Origin: Sedimentisphaerales bacterium
GTDB lineage: Bacteria; Planctomycetota; Phycisphaerae; Sedimentisphaerales; SM23-30
Assembly: GCA_963666285.1 (NCBI GenBank)
Contig: OY762711.1
Direction: 5' to 3' (one strand)
DNA: 64,000 nucleotides
Shown piece by piece: positions 18,848-28,885 of this stretch. Position numbers and translations under genes: made by a program. The notes under the pieces were generated by a model. That model searched no databases, had not been told where the DNA came from, and saw only the letters and a program-made list of their open reading frames with translations. Numbering within the stretch: the first letter of the stretch is position 1; the number at the start of each line of letters is the position of its first letter.

Positions 18848-19302
18848 GTAACGTAACATATACAATCTAAAAGCTATTCAAGAGCATATCCAGATTTTCC
18901 CAAAGGACTTATAAAAATTAAACCGGTGAAACTTCCGCGTCTGGAGCGAGTGCGATTATATTCGCACTGCAATTGCCGCGAGTTATTACCGGATAGTCAG
19001 ATAGCGCGGAAATTATTATGACAGGATTATAATTCTGCGACATCTGACTTTTATAATATTCTGCCCTGGATTGGGGCTCCAGCCCTGTGTTTGCCTCCTG
19101 ATGGCTGGGGCCCCTATATCCCTTTGACGCAGAATTAATCATGCATAATACTGCAAGGGTGTTTAAAAAATTGTGCATATGATTCGTTGAAAGGCTTTTG
19201 TATTTTTGATCCTGGAACGCCAAGGGCCGTATAGCCCAAAATAGCGGACGAAAGTTCGTCAAAACCTTGTCATTTTGCCTCCTGAATGACAAGGTTTTTT
19301 TT
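18848..19302 (+). ncRNA. Putative ~450-nt structured non-coding RNA of unknown family
   Basis: Promoter upstream, near-contiguous hairpins from 18932 to 19302, U8 terminator, no credible ORF; G-U pairs favour the + strand. Confidence 0.6.
19261..19302 (+). terminator. Intrinsic terminator with anti-SD loop
   Basis: AAAACCTTGTCATT-ttgcctcctg-AATGACAAGGTTTT followed by a T-run. Confidence 0.8.
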
Positions 19303-19310
19303 ACAGAATT

Positions 19311-19334
19311 AATATTGACTTAGAAGTCAATATT
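19311..19334. promoter_or_regulatory. Perfect inverted repeat overlapping the -35 of the XRE gene (autoregulatory operator)
   Basis: AATATTGACT-taga-AGTCAATATT; TTGACT at 19315-19320, -10-like TTAAAT at 19338, ATG at 19350 (leaderless). Confidence 0.7.
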
Positions 19335-19349
19335 TGCTTAAATATCAAT

Positions 19350-19679
19350 ATGAAAAAAATAAAAACAGCTTATCAAAGAGTATTATTAGGCGGCACATGG
19401 TATGTAATTGTTGAAGAAGAAGAATTTATTGCATTAACAAACTCAAAAGATGCAAACAGCAAAACAGATATATTAGATGCAATTAATATCAGCGATCAAC
19501 GCCTGGCAAATAGATTACTCCAACGTCGTCAGGATGCAGGAATTAGTCAAAAAGCTTTAGCTCAGCTTGCTGAAGTACGTGTTGAAACACTTAATAGAAT
19601 TGAAAAAGGACATACAACAGCTGATTTCAAAACAATACGTAAGCTGGTAAACGCTATTAACAATTATAATAAAAGGTAA
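19350..19679 (+). CDS. XRE-family HTH regulator (antitoxin-like)
   Basis: RRQDAGISQKALAQLAEVRVETLNRIEKG. Confidence 0.88.
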   Translation: MKKIKTAYQRVLLGGTWYVIVEEEEFIALTNSKDANSKTDILDAINISDQRLANRLLQRRQDAGISQKALAQLAEVRVETLNRIEKGHTTADFKTIRKLVNAINNYNKR

Positions 19680-19685
19680 ATTAAA

Positions 19686-19994
19686 ATGTCGGAAACAACA
19701 AACACTAATATAAAACAGAAAGTCATTAACTTAATTGTAAATAATCACAATGTTGATGCAGAAGAAATATCGCTTAATTCTCATTTTAGCACAGACCTTA
19801 ATTTTGACAGTCTGGAAGTAGTGGAATTTATTATGAACGTCGAAGAAGAATTCAGAATAAATGTGCCAGATGATATCAGCGAAAATATATTAACAGTCAA
19901 AGATGCCATAGAATCAATTGAATCTATAGTACGCTTTCGTTCTTTTGACTGTTCAACGTTATCCGCAAAGGTCAGAACAGGGCCTTGTGAATGA
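19686..19994 (+). CDS. Acyl carrier protein paralog
   Basis: DLNFDSLEVVEFIMNVEEEFRINVPD phosphopantetheine motif; ~20-aa C-terminal extension. Confidence 0.85.
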   Translation: MSETTNTNIKQKVINLIVNNHNVDAEEISLNSHFSTDLNFDSLEVVEFIMNVEEEFRINVPDDISENILTVKDAIESIESIVRFRSFDCSTLSAKVRTGPCE

Positions 19995-20134
19995 AAATTG
20001 TTTTTTTTATCATTTTCGAGGCTAAATCTCGAAAGTATATTTAATTCAAACTGCAACAGGAAGGCCCTTTTAGGCGTTTATTGCAACTTGAAAAGCGCGA
20101 AAGTAAACTTATATTAAAAGAATAATATGCAATT

Positions 20135-20959
20135 CTATAATCTGGCTGCTTTGTAAATAATTATAATTGATACAGAAAACATAAATACAATATATATCAA
20201 TCGCAGTATATCAGATTTAAATATATGGGTCAACTTACTGCCATAATAGCTAGAAATCATCGCTGAAGGAACAATACAAGCAGATATTTTGAGCGATTGA
20301 GATACTTCAAAGCCATGAAGTGGAAGAGTGGCATTTTTATATATTGCTCCGACAAATACAATTCCAAGGATAGTACAAGCAGAATTAGCAATAGCGCTTT
20401 TTAGTGGTACTTTAAAAAATACCTGTTGGAATGGGACACAAATTGACCCTCCACCAATTCCGAGCAGCCCTGAAAAAAGCCCGACAATCCAACCTAAGAT
20501 TATAATACCAATTTTGTTATTATATTTGCCCTCATTATCTTCACTGCCTAATTGAGATTTCTTTTTCATTATTCTGGAAACATTAAAACAAGCAACATAA
20601 AACAAAAAAACGCCAAGCATTATCGACAAATACTTGCCGTTATGCTCAGCAAATAGTTTCTGATTGCTAATATATACGCCTGCAACAACCCCAATAAACG
20701 CGGCAGGCACCATTCTTTTGACAAGTTGCTTGATGACTGCACCAGATTGCCAATGGCTGAATGCCGAGGGAAGTGATACGCAGAAATTGCAAATCATTCC
20801 AACCGCCTGGATCAAATGCTGGGTACGTCCATCATAAGTATGATTAAAACTTGTAATAAGTATTAGCGAGGGGATAACAATAATGGCCCCACCAATACCA
20901 AGCAAGCCTCCAAGTGCTCCAGCCATTAAGCCTATTAAAATGTAAAATATATTTTCCAT
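20135..20959 (-). CDS. TauE/SafE (TSUP) family membrane transporter
   Basis: Two GLLGIGG motifs; multiple TM helices. Confidence 0.88.
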   Translation of the reverse strand: MENIFYILIGLMAGALGGLLGIGGAIIVIPSLILITSFNHTYDGRTQHLIQAVGMICNFCVSLPSAFSHWQSGAVIKQLVKRMVPAAFIGVVAGVYISNQKLFAEHNGKYLSIMLGVFLFYVACFNVSRIMKKKSQLGSEDNEGKYNNKIGIIILGWIVGLFSGLLGIGGGSICVPFQQVFFKVPLKSAIANSACTILGIVFVGAIYKNATLPLHGFEVSQSLKISACIVPSAMISSYYGSKLTHIFKSDILRLIYIVFMFSVSIIIIYKAARL

Positions 20960-21367
20960 CTATAAAATAATATTTGGCATGCCCTTGTCTGGCTTTACCA
21001 TTTAGGGCTATATCGTCCACATAATTTGTTACTTTTCAATGTTATTATGAGAATAGAAACAGTTATGAGTATTATTACGACTGTAATGGCTCATTTATTA
21101 TGACTTATTATAAGGACTGTCTTAAGTCCCATAATATTGTTATAATTCATAAAAGAAAAATATTTTTTATACGCCATTAGTTTTATATTACTTAACTTAT
21201 TTAATAGCAGTACATTAACACCACTTACTTCTAGTGGAATAATCCTAATTAATAACTAGTTAGGAATAGTTAATTTAATAGTTAAAAAAGCCTATATTGA
21301 TAAAAAGCTTGTAAATACTTTATTTATAAATAAGTTACAAACATTACAACCAGTTGAGGCCTCATAA

Positions 21368-24300
21368 ATGATAAAATCGGAAATAGTTTTTGTCATAGCG
21401 ATGATACTATGTCAAATCACCCTTGGTGCAATTTCAGTGACAGCACCTTCCGGGGGCGATCTTGATCAATTCGATTCGTTTTCAATTCAATGGGATAGCG
21501 ATGATGTCGGTGACGGTGCTGCTGTATCAATAATTCTCCGTCAAGGCGGCAGTGATGTGACAACTCTGGCAAGCGGGGTAGGTAACACTGTAGGGTCCAA
21601 TAACTGGAATTGGAATATATCTCAAGCCTCAGGTTCAAACTATAGTATCAGGGTGATTTCAGATTCAAATGGCATGATTTTTGGTGACAGCGCGTCGTTC
21701 AACATAACAGCACCTACTATTACGGCCTCAACAAGTAATATAAATCAATTGGACAATCTCAACGTAAGCTGGTCTGTTACCGGAGTCATAAGTAATAATG
21801 TTACTATCACAATTTCCGAAAATGGTGAATCTGCCAATGTAACTGGCGGTTCAACCAGTTACAATTTTTCAACAGACACGAGCGTTAACTGGAGTCCGGG
21901 AACATATACTATTACTGTCACATCAAATGACCTGCCAACTATAAGTGATTCTGTCACAGCAAATATAAGTGCAAGTAGTATAAGTTCTGTGGCGGCGACA
22001 AGCGGGAACCAGTTTGATACTATTACTGTTACCTGGAATGAAACCGGAACTATAGGAACAAATGTTACTGTCACAGCAATCAATGGTGGTTTTAGTGACT
22101 CAACAACTGTTGCAGCGGGAACCGGTTCTGCAAGTTTTATTACTGACAATACCTGGCCAGCCGGAACATATACTGTAACTGTAACTTCGGACGACTACGG
22201 AATACTAACTGACAATGACACATGTACAATAAGTACAAGTGCGATAAGTTCTGTGGCGGCGACAAGCGGGAACCAGTTTGATACTATTACTGTTACCTGG
22301 AATGAAACCGGAACTATAGGAACAAATGTTACTGTCACGGCAGTCAATGGTGGGTTTAGTGATTCAACAACTGTTGCAGCGGGAACAGGCACAACTAGCT
22401 TTACTACTGACAATACCTGGCCAGCCGGAACATATACTGTAACTGTAACTTCGAACGACTACGGAGTACTAACTGACAATGACACATGTACAATAAGTAC
22501 AAGTGCTATAAGTTCTGTAGCGGCGACAAGCGAGAACCAGTTTGATACTATTACTGTTACCTGGAATGAAACCGGAACTATAGGAACAAATGTTACTGTC
22601 ACAGCGGTCAATGGTGGTTTTAGTGACTCAACAACTGTTGCAGTCGGAACCGGCACAGCAAGTTTTACTACCGACAATACCTGGACGGCTGGAACATACA
22701 CTATCACTGTCACTTCGGACGACTACGGAATACTAACTGACAATGACACATGTACAATAAGTACAAGTGCTATAAGTTCTGTGGCGGCGACAAGCGGAAA
22801 CCAGTTTGATACTATTACTGTTACCTGGAATGAGACAGGAAATGTCGGATCTACAATTACCGTCACGGCAGTCAATGGTGGGTTTAGTGACTCAACAACT
22901 GTTGCAGCCGGAACCGGCACAGCAAGTTTTACTACCGACAATACCTGGCCTGCTGGAACATACACTATCACTGTCACTTCGGACGACTACGGAGTACTAA
23001 CTGACAATGATACATGTACAATAAGTGCAAGTGCTATAAGTTCTGTAGCGGCGACAAGCGAGAACCAGTTTGATACTATTACTGTTACCTGGACTGAAAC
23101 CGGAACTATAGGAACAAATGTTACTGTCACAGCGGTCAATGGTGGGTTTAGTGACTCAACAACTGTTGCAGTCGGAACCGGCACAGCAAGTTTTACTACC
23201 GACAATACCTGGCCGGCTGGAGCATATACTATCACTGTCACATCGGACGACTACGGAGTACTAACTGACAATGACACATGTACAATAAGTACAAGTGCGA
23301 TAAGTTCTGTGGCGGCGACAAGCGGGAACCAGTTTGATACTATTACTGTTACCTGGAATGAAACCGGAACTATTGGAACAAATGTTACTGTCACGGCAGT
23401 CAATGGTGGGTTTAGTGATTCAACAACTGTTGCAGCGGGAACAGGCACAACTAGCTTTACTACTGACAATACCTGGCCAGCCGGAACATATACTGTAACT
23501 GTAACTTCGGACGACTACGGAGTACTAACTGACAATGACACATGTACAATAAGTACAAGTGCGATAAGTTCTGTGGCAGCCGGGAATATTAATCAATTTG
23601 ACAACCTGGCTGTAACTTGGAATGAAACCGGAACTATAGGAACAAATGTTACTGTCACAGCAGTCAATGGTGGTTTTAGTGATTCAACAACAGTTGCAGC
23701 GGGAATCGGCACAGCAAGTCTTACTACCGACAACACCTGGCCGGCTGGAACATATACTGTAACTGTTACTTCGGATACATATGGAGCAATCAGTGATAAT
23801 ATTACTTGCACAATCTCTTTAAGCTCTGTTAATTCTGTATCAGTTGGAAACCTTAATCAGTTTGACGCAATGACAGTTACATGGAATGAGTCAGGAACAA
23901 TTGGTGGTACGGTAACAATTACTGTGGTTAATGGCGGGTTCAGTGATTCAACGACAGTTGCCGCTGGAACCGGTTCTGCAAACTTTGCAACTGACAACAC
24001 CTGGCCGACCGGTATATACACCGCAACAGTAACGTCCGACACCTACGGAGTCTTAACAGACAGCGATACATGTACATTAACTGCCAGCATAATTAGCGCA
24101 GTATCAGCTGCCGATATTGACCAATTCGATAACCTGGCTGTTACCTGGACTGAAACTGGAAATGTCGGATCTACAATTACTGTTACCGCAGTTAATGGCG
24201 GGTTCAGCGACTCGACAACTGTGGCAGCTGGAACAGGGACAACAAGTTTTACTACTGACAATACCTGGCCAACCGGTACATATGCTGTAACTGTTACTTC

Positions 24301-27300
24301 AGATAACTACGGCGTATTAACAGACAATAACACATGTACAATAAGTGCTAGTGCGATAAGCTCTGTGGCAGCCGGGAATATAAACCAATTTGACAACCTG
24401 GCTGTTACATGGACTGAAACAGGAAATATTGGATCTACAATTACTGTTACCGCTGCCAATGGTGGTTTCAGTGATTCAACAACAGTTGCAGCGGGAACTA
24501 ATTCAGCAACATTAGCAACTGACAATACCTGGCCGGTTGGAACATATACTATAACTGTTACTTCCGATGACTATGGAGTTTTAACCGATAGTAACACGTG
24601 TACATTAAGCAAAAGCGCAATTGAAAACATAGCAGCTTCATCAATAAACCAGTTTGACACATTAACGGTCAACTGGACAGAGACAGGAACCCTTGGAACA
24701 ACAGTTAAAGTTACAGCCAGCCAGGGAGGCTTCAGCCAGTCAACCACAGTTGCTGCAGGAACTCTTTCCGCAAGTTTTACAACCGACGATAACTGGGCAA
24801 CAGGAAGTGTTACGATAACAGTTGAGTCAATTACATACCCCCTGGCATCAACAAGCAGTTCAGTAACAATAAATCCTACAGAAGTTAATGTGGCTGCAAT
24901 TACAGGCATAAACCAGTACGACACATTGACTGTCAACTGGACAGAAAGCGGAACAACAGGTGCCAACACAATAGTAACAGTATCAAATGGCGGCTATAGT
25001 CAAAGCAACACTGTTTCTACCGGTACTTTAACAACCTGTTTTGTGACCGATGAAAACTGGCCTGCCGGGACATATACCGTTGAGATAAAACTTACCGACC
25101 ATACTTCTGTAGCAGATAGCACAACTTTTGCCCTGACTGAAACAAACATTGCATTGAACACACCTGCTAATATTAACCAGTATGACAACGTATCATTGAG
25201 CTGGTCTGAATCTGGTTCGCCAGGTACAACTGTAGATATTGTAATTAAACTTGGAGCGTCAACAATCACATCAGACCAGATCGCAGCTGGAACAAATTCA
25301 TGGACTACATCTACAGACCATGCCTGGGCAACCGGAACATACACAGCAATTGTAACATTAACTGACCATACAGTACGAACCAGCACAAAAACTTTTACTA
25401 TTTCAGAAACAAATATAAGCCTTAATCAGCCATCAAACATTAATCAATTTGATAATATATCACTGAACTGGTCATACCTGGGAAGTTACGGCAGTAATGT
25501 CGGTATTGAAATAGTAAGAAACTCTGACAGTACTGTAGTTAACAGCCAAACAATATCGTCAGCAGCAACCACCGCTTCGATAACTACCGACAATTCTGCA
25601 ACCTGGCCTGTCGGCACCTATACTGCCAGAATAACACTTAGCGACCACCCGGCAAGATCATCGACCAAGACATTCACTATATCACAAACAGCGATGCTTG
25701 CAACATCAACATCTGTTGACAATGGTTCAGCTAACCAGCTTGATACAATCACAATCAATTGGAATTCAACGGGAACAATTGGCAACATTGATTTAAAATT
25801 ATATAAAAGCGGAGTGCTTGTGGCCAATATTATTAATGGAACAGGTAATGACGGAATATATAGCTGGAAGATTCCGCTAAGTATAACGCCGGGGACAGGG
25901 TATTATATTCGAGCGGCTTCGTCCCTGAGGCCTACGGTTATATATTTTGATGCTCCACTGCAATTTGCTATTAATGAAACATCTATCACAACAGGAAATA
26001 CATTTGATATTACCCAATTTGACAACCAGACTATAACATGGACATCTACCGGCAGTGTAGGCACAACCGTTACAATTAAAATATTGCGAGCCAGTGGCGA
26101 GACAATAGCAACAGCTAATGGTATCAGTACCGCTTCCGGCAGCTATACTTTCAATTCAGATCTTAGCTGGACATCGGCCAGTAATTATTATGCCAGGATT
26201 GAATCTGAACTGCACAGTGAATGCTATGACAATACTACCGGATACTTCATTGTCAACCCAACAACAATAACCATCACCAGTGCTCCAGATATAGACCAAC
26301 TTGACAGTCAGACAGTAACATGGAATAAAGTGGGTAATGTAGGAACAAATATAACTTTTGAACTATACCTCGGAGCAACTCTGATAGATCAGCAAACAGT
26401 CAGTTCCAACAGTTATACATATTCTACTGACCTTACCTGGACAACAGGTACATATACTATAAAGGTAATATCGCAGGATCACCCGGCAGTAAATGATACT
26501 GAAACTTTCGTACTGGGGCCAACCAAGATTCAACTGTCTGAACCTGTCGAAGATATTTACTGGCAGGCAGGAGCACAACATAGAGTTGGCTGGATATCAC
26601 AAGGAGCAGCTGGTACAAGCCTAACAATCAATCTCTACCAGAACGGCAATCTGATAACAACAATCAGCGGAAACGCTTCAAATGCCGCAGAGGAATTAAT
26701 CTTTACCCTGCCCGGCAGTATTTCACCCGGAGTTTACCAGGTAAAGGTTATATCAAATTCCTATCCACTACTAACAAGCAGCTATAGTTCAAACATAACC
26801 ATAACGGAACAATCTCTCGGCGGTTATATTTTCACTAATGCAAGTGACCCTTACGGCACAGGTTTAAGCGGCGTTACTGTTACGGTAACGGGAACCAACA
26901 GCAGCCAGACAGTTACAACAAACAATATGGGCTACTGGTCAACAGCTCTGTTAGGCAATGATACTTATACAATAAAGCCTACTGCCAGAAGGAGATATTT
27001 TGAAAAGACCGCCAATCCGGATGCCGGAGAGTCTTCAACTACCTTTACACTTAACAGCAGTACCCGCTCAGCCAGTCACAGTATAATGTTCAATAGCGGC
27101 TATAGTATCAAATTTGTTTCTGCCGGTGCAAGCGGTATCGGAAGTTCATGGTCAAACGCTTCCGGCAGCCTGCAGTCAATGATAGACTTTGTCACATCCG
27201 ACCCGGACGATGAGTTTAACGAGGTCTGGGTTGAAAGTGGAAGTTATAGCGGCCCTATTACATTAAGTAATAATGCGACAATAACAGGAAGCTTCAGCGG

Positions 27301-28828
27301 AACAGAAGATCCTATGACTTTTGACATAAATGAAAGAGATTTCATAAACAATCCTTCTATTATTACCGGTGATGGTGGTACCGGACATATAATTGATGGC
27401 TCAGATATAAATGCTACTGTAAACATTAATGGCTTTACAATAAAAAGCGGCAGCGGCAATACCGGAGCGGGATTATACCTGGAAAATGCCAGCGGGCCCG
27501 GTATTTCATTCTGTACATTTTATCAAAACACAGCATCTAACGGCGGGGCAATAACCTGCCTGGAATCTAACCTGACTTTGACCAATACATTATTCTGCGG
27601 TAATACCGCAACGGAAAAAGGCGGGGCAATATATTTAGCTGCCGGTTCTCAATTACATGCTAATAACTGCACATTTTCCGGTAATTTTTCACCCTGGGGA
27701 GGAGGTGCAATACACGCACAACTCAACAGCATGGTCTCATTAAGTAACTGCACCCTGGCAGGAAACCAGTCATATCTATCCGGCGGAATAGAAGCAGCCA
27801 AAAACAGTCCATTATACCTTACAAATTCTCTACTTTACTTCAACTTATCATTTAACGGTCAAACCCTGACCGGACAATATACTACAGATGGAAGCAGCAC
27901 AGTTACAATAAACTCATGTCACATCCAGGGGACTGGGGCGTCAGATCCATTATTTTTGAGTAATCCTGATTCTGGAAACGGTACCTGGGGCGATGGAGAT
28001 GATAACTATGGTGACCTGCATATTAAACCGTCATCACCATGTATTAACCATGGAAACAACATTGACGCCACCGGGCTGGATAGAGATGGTGACACACGCA
28101 TTTATAAAGGCACTATAGATATCGGTAGCGATGAATGTTTATTTGCCACAACCAGTGTAAATAGTGGTGAAGTTGTAACACTAACCCCAACCGGTGAAGG
28201 AACCGGAACTCTTACAGAAGAAACATTCGTAACATTAAATAATACTGCAGGCGGAGATGGTAATAATATCGAAGTAACCCAGATAAATGAAAATATAAAT
28301 CCGACACAATCTTCTTATAAGGTAGTTGGAGCAACCCTGGTTGTCGAAACGGACCTGGCTGACGGTGACTATGTAATGACCCTTGCGATTCCATTTACAA
28401 CTGATGATTTAGCCGGAACCAGCTGGAGTTCAATTGTGCTTTCGTATTACAACACAAGTTCAAGCAGTTGGGTAAATGCGGGAACTGGGTCACAATGGAT
28501 TGAACAGTTAACAAAACCAACCATATCCACCTTACGCAGCAGACCGCTAGGAGATTACGGGGTGTACTGGAACAGCAGCGAACAGAAAGGATTTGCCTGG
28601 GTCAATGTTGACCACACAACAGATTTCGCCCCGATTATCTATCTGAAACCGGGGGACTTCGATCGCAATAATGTAATCGACAAAGATGACCTGGTTAAGA
28701 TGCTTGAAAAATGGATGATTACAAAGGAAAGTTTATACTGGTCAGACAAATATGATTTAGCTGAACCGAAAGATGGAATTATAGATTTACGCGACTTAAG
28801 TGTACTTGCAGAAAACTGGTTAAAATAA
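21368..28828 (+). CDS. Giant secreted surface protein: ~20 Ser/Thr-rich Ig-like repeats, right-handed beta-helix (GGAI repeats), C-terminal dockerin-like EF-hand pair
   Basis: Signal peptide; 88-aa NQFD..W...GTYT.TVTS units; FCGNTA..KGGAIY; GDFDRNNVIDKDDL...DGIIDLRDLSVLAENWL. Confidence 0.85.
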   Translation: MIKSEIVFVIAMILCQITLGAISVTAPSGGDLDQFDSFSIQWDSDDVGDGAAVSIILRQGGSDVTTLASGVGNTVGSNNWNWNISQASGSNYSIRVISDSNGMIFGDSASFNITAPTITASTSNINQLDNLNVSWSVTGVISNNVTITISENGESANVTGGSTSYNFSTDTSVNWSPGTYTITVTSNDLPTISDSVTANISASSISSVAATSGNQFDTITVTWNETGTIGTNVTVTAINGGFSDSTTVAAGTGSASFITDNTWPAGTYTVTVTSDDYGILTDNDTCTISTSAISSVAATSGNQFDTITVTWNETGTIGTNVTVTAVNGGFSDSTTVAAGTGTTSFTTDNTWPAGTYTVTVTSNDYGVLTDNDTCTISTSAISSVAATSENQFDTITVTWNETGTIGTNVTVTAVNGGFSDSTTVAVGTGTASFTTDNTWTAGTYTITVTSDDYGILTDNDTCTISTSAISSVAATSGNQFDTITVTWNETGNVGSTITVTAVNGGFSDSTTVAAGTGTASFTTDNTWPAGTYTITVTSDDYGVLTDNDTCTISASAISSVAATSENQFDTITVTWTETGTIGTNVTVTAVNGGFSDSTTVAVGTGTASFTTDNTWPAGAYTITVTSDDYGVLTDNDTCTISTSAISSVAATSGNQFDTITVTWNETGTIGTNVTVTAVNGGFSDSTTVAAGTGTTSFTTDNTWPAGTYTVTVTSDDYGVLTDNDTCTISTSAISSVAAGNINQFDNLAVTWNETGTIGTNVTVTAVNGGFSDSTTVAAGIGTASLTTDNTWPAGTYTVTVTSDTYGAISDNITCTISLSSVNSVSVGNLNQFDAMTVTWNESGTIGGTVTITVVNGGFSDSTTVAAGTGSANFATDNTWPTGIYTATVTSDTYGVLTDSDTCTLTASIISAVSAADIDQFDNLAVTWTETGNVGSTITVTAVNGGFSDSTTVAAGTGTTSFTTDNTWPTGTYAVTVTSDNYGVLTDNNTCTISASAISSVAAGNINQFDNLAVTWTETGNIGSTITVTAANGGFSDSTTVAAGTNSATLATDNTWPVGTYTITVTSDDYGVLTDSNTCTLSKSAIENIAASSINQFDTLTVNWTETGTLGTTVKVTASQGGFSQSTTVAAGTLSASFTTDDNWATGSVTITVESITYPLASTSSSVTINPTEVNVAAITGINQYDTLTVNWTESGTTGANTIVTVSNGGYSQSNTVSTGTLTTCFVTDENWPAGTYTVEIKLTDHTSVADSTTFALTETNIALNTPANINQYDNVSLSWSESGSPGTTVDIVIKLGASTITSDQIAAGTNSWTTSTDHAWATGTYTAIVTLTDHTVRTSTKTFTISETNISLNQPSNINQFDNISLNWSYLGSYGSNVGIEIVRNSDSTVVNSQTISSAATTASITTDNSATWPVGTYTARITLSDHPARSSTKTFTISQTAMLATSTSVDNGSANQLDTITINWNSTGTIGNIDLKLYKSGVLVANIINGTGNDGIYSWKIPLSITPGTGYYIRAASSLRPTVIYFDAPLQFAINETSITTGNTFDITQFDNQTITWTSTGSVGTTVTIKILRASGETIATANGISTASGSYTFNSDLSWTSASNYYARIESELHSECYDNTTGYFIVNPTTITITSAPDIDQLDSQTVTWNKVGNVGTNITFELYLGATLIDQQTVSSNSYTYSTDLTWTTGTYTIKVISQDHPAVNDTETFVLGPTKIQLSEPVEDIYWQAGAQHRVGWISQGAAGTSLTINLYQNGNLITTISGNASNAAEELIFTLPGSISPGVYQVKVISNSYPLLTSSYSSNITITEQSLGGYIFTNASDPYGTGLSGVTVTVTGTNSSQTVTTNNMGYWSTALLGNDTYTIKPTARRRYFEKTANPDAGESSTTFTLNSSTRSASHSIMFNSGYSIKFVSAGASGIGSSWSNASGSLQSMIDFVTSDPDDEFNEVWVESGSYSGPITLSNNATITGSFSGTEDPMTFDINERDFINNPSIITGDGGTGHIIDGSDINATVNINGFTIKSGSGNTGAGLYLENASGPGISFCTFYQNTASNGGAITCLESNLTLTNTLFCGNTATEKGGAIYLAAGSQLHANNCTFSGNFSPWGGGAIHAQLNSMVSLSNCTLAGNQSYLSGGIEAAKNSPLYLTNSLLYFNLSFNGQTLTGQYTTDGSSTVTINSCHIQGTGASDPLFLSNPDSGNGTWGDGDDNYGDLHIKPSSPCINHGNNIDATGLDRDGDTRIYKGTIDIGSDECLFATTSVNSGEVVTLTPTGEGTGTLTEETFVTLNNTAGGDGNNIEVTQINENINPTQSSYKVVGATLVVETDLADGDYVMTLAIPFTTDDLAGTSWSSIVLSYYNTSSSSWVNAGTGSQWIEQLTKPTISTLRSRPLGDYGVYWNSSEQKGFAWVNVDHTTDFAPIIYLKPGDFDRNNVIDKDDLVKMLEKWMITKESLYWSDKYDLAEPKDGIIDLRDLSVLAENWLK
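21975..24620 (+). repeat. 264-bp intragenic tandem repeats (about 10 copies; first 6-7 near-identical)
   Basis: TAAGTTCTGTRGCRGC recurs at 21981, 22245, 22509, 22773, 23037, 23301 and 23565. Confidence 0.95.
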
Positions 28829-28885
28829 GGAAGGCAAAAGTCAAAAGAGAATACAATTTATAGCAAATATAGGCGAAAAGAATAA

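Noticed and set aside
19224..19260. tRNA-like start GGGCCGTATAGCCCAA
   Set aside because: No cloverleaf, T-loop or CCA end
18918..19292. 124-aa minus-strand ORF
   Set aside because: No RBS or recognisable domain; it coincides with the hairpin-rich ncRNA candidate
21975..23800. Regular repeats as a CRISPR array
   Set aside because: In-frame 264-bp coding repeats with no unique spacers and no cas genes
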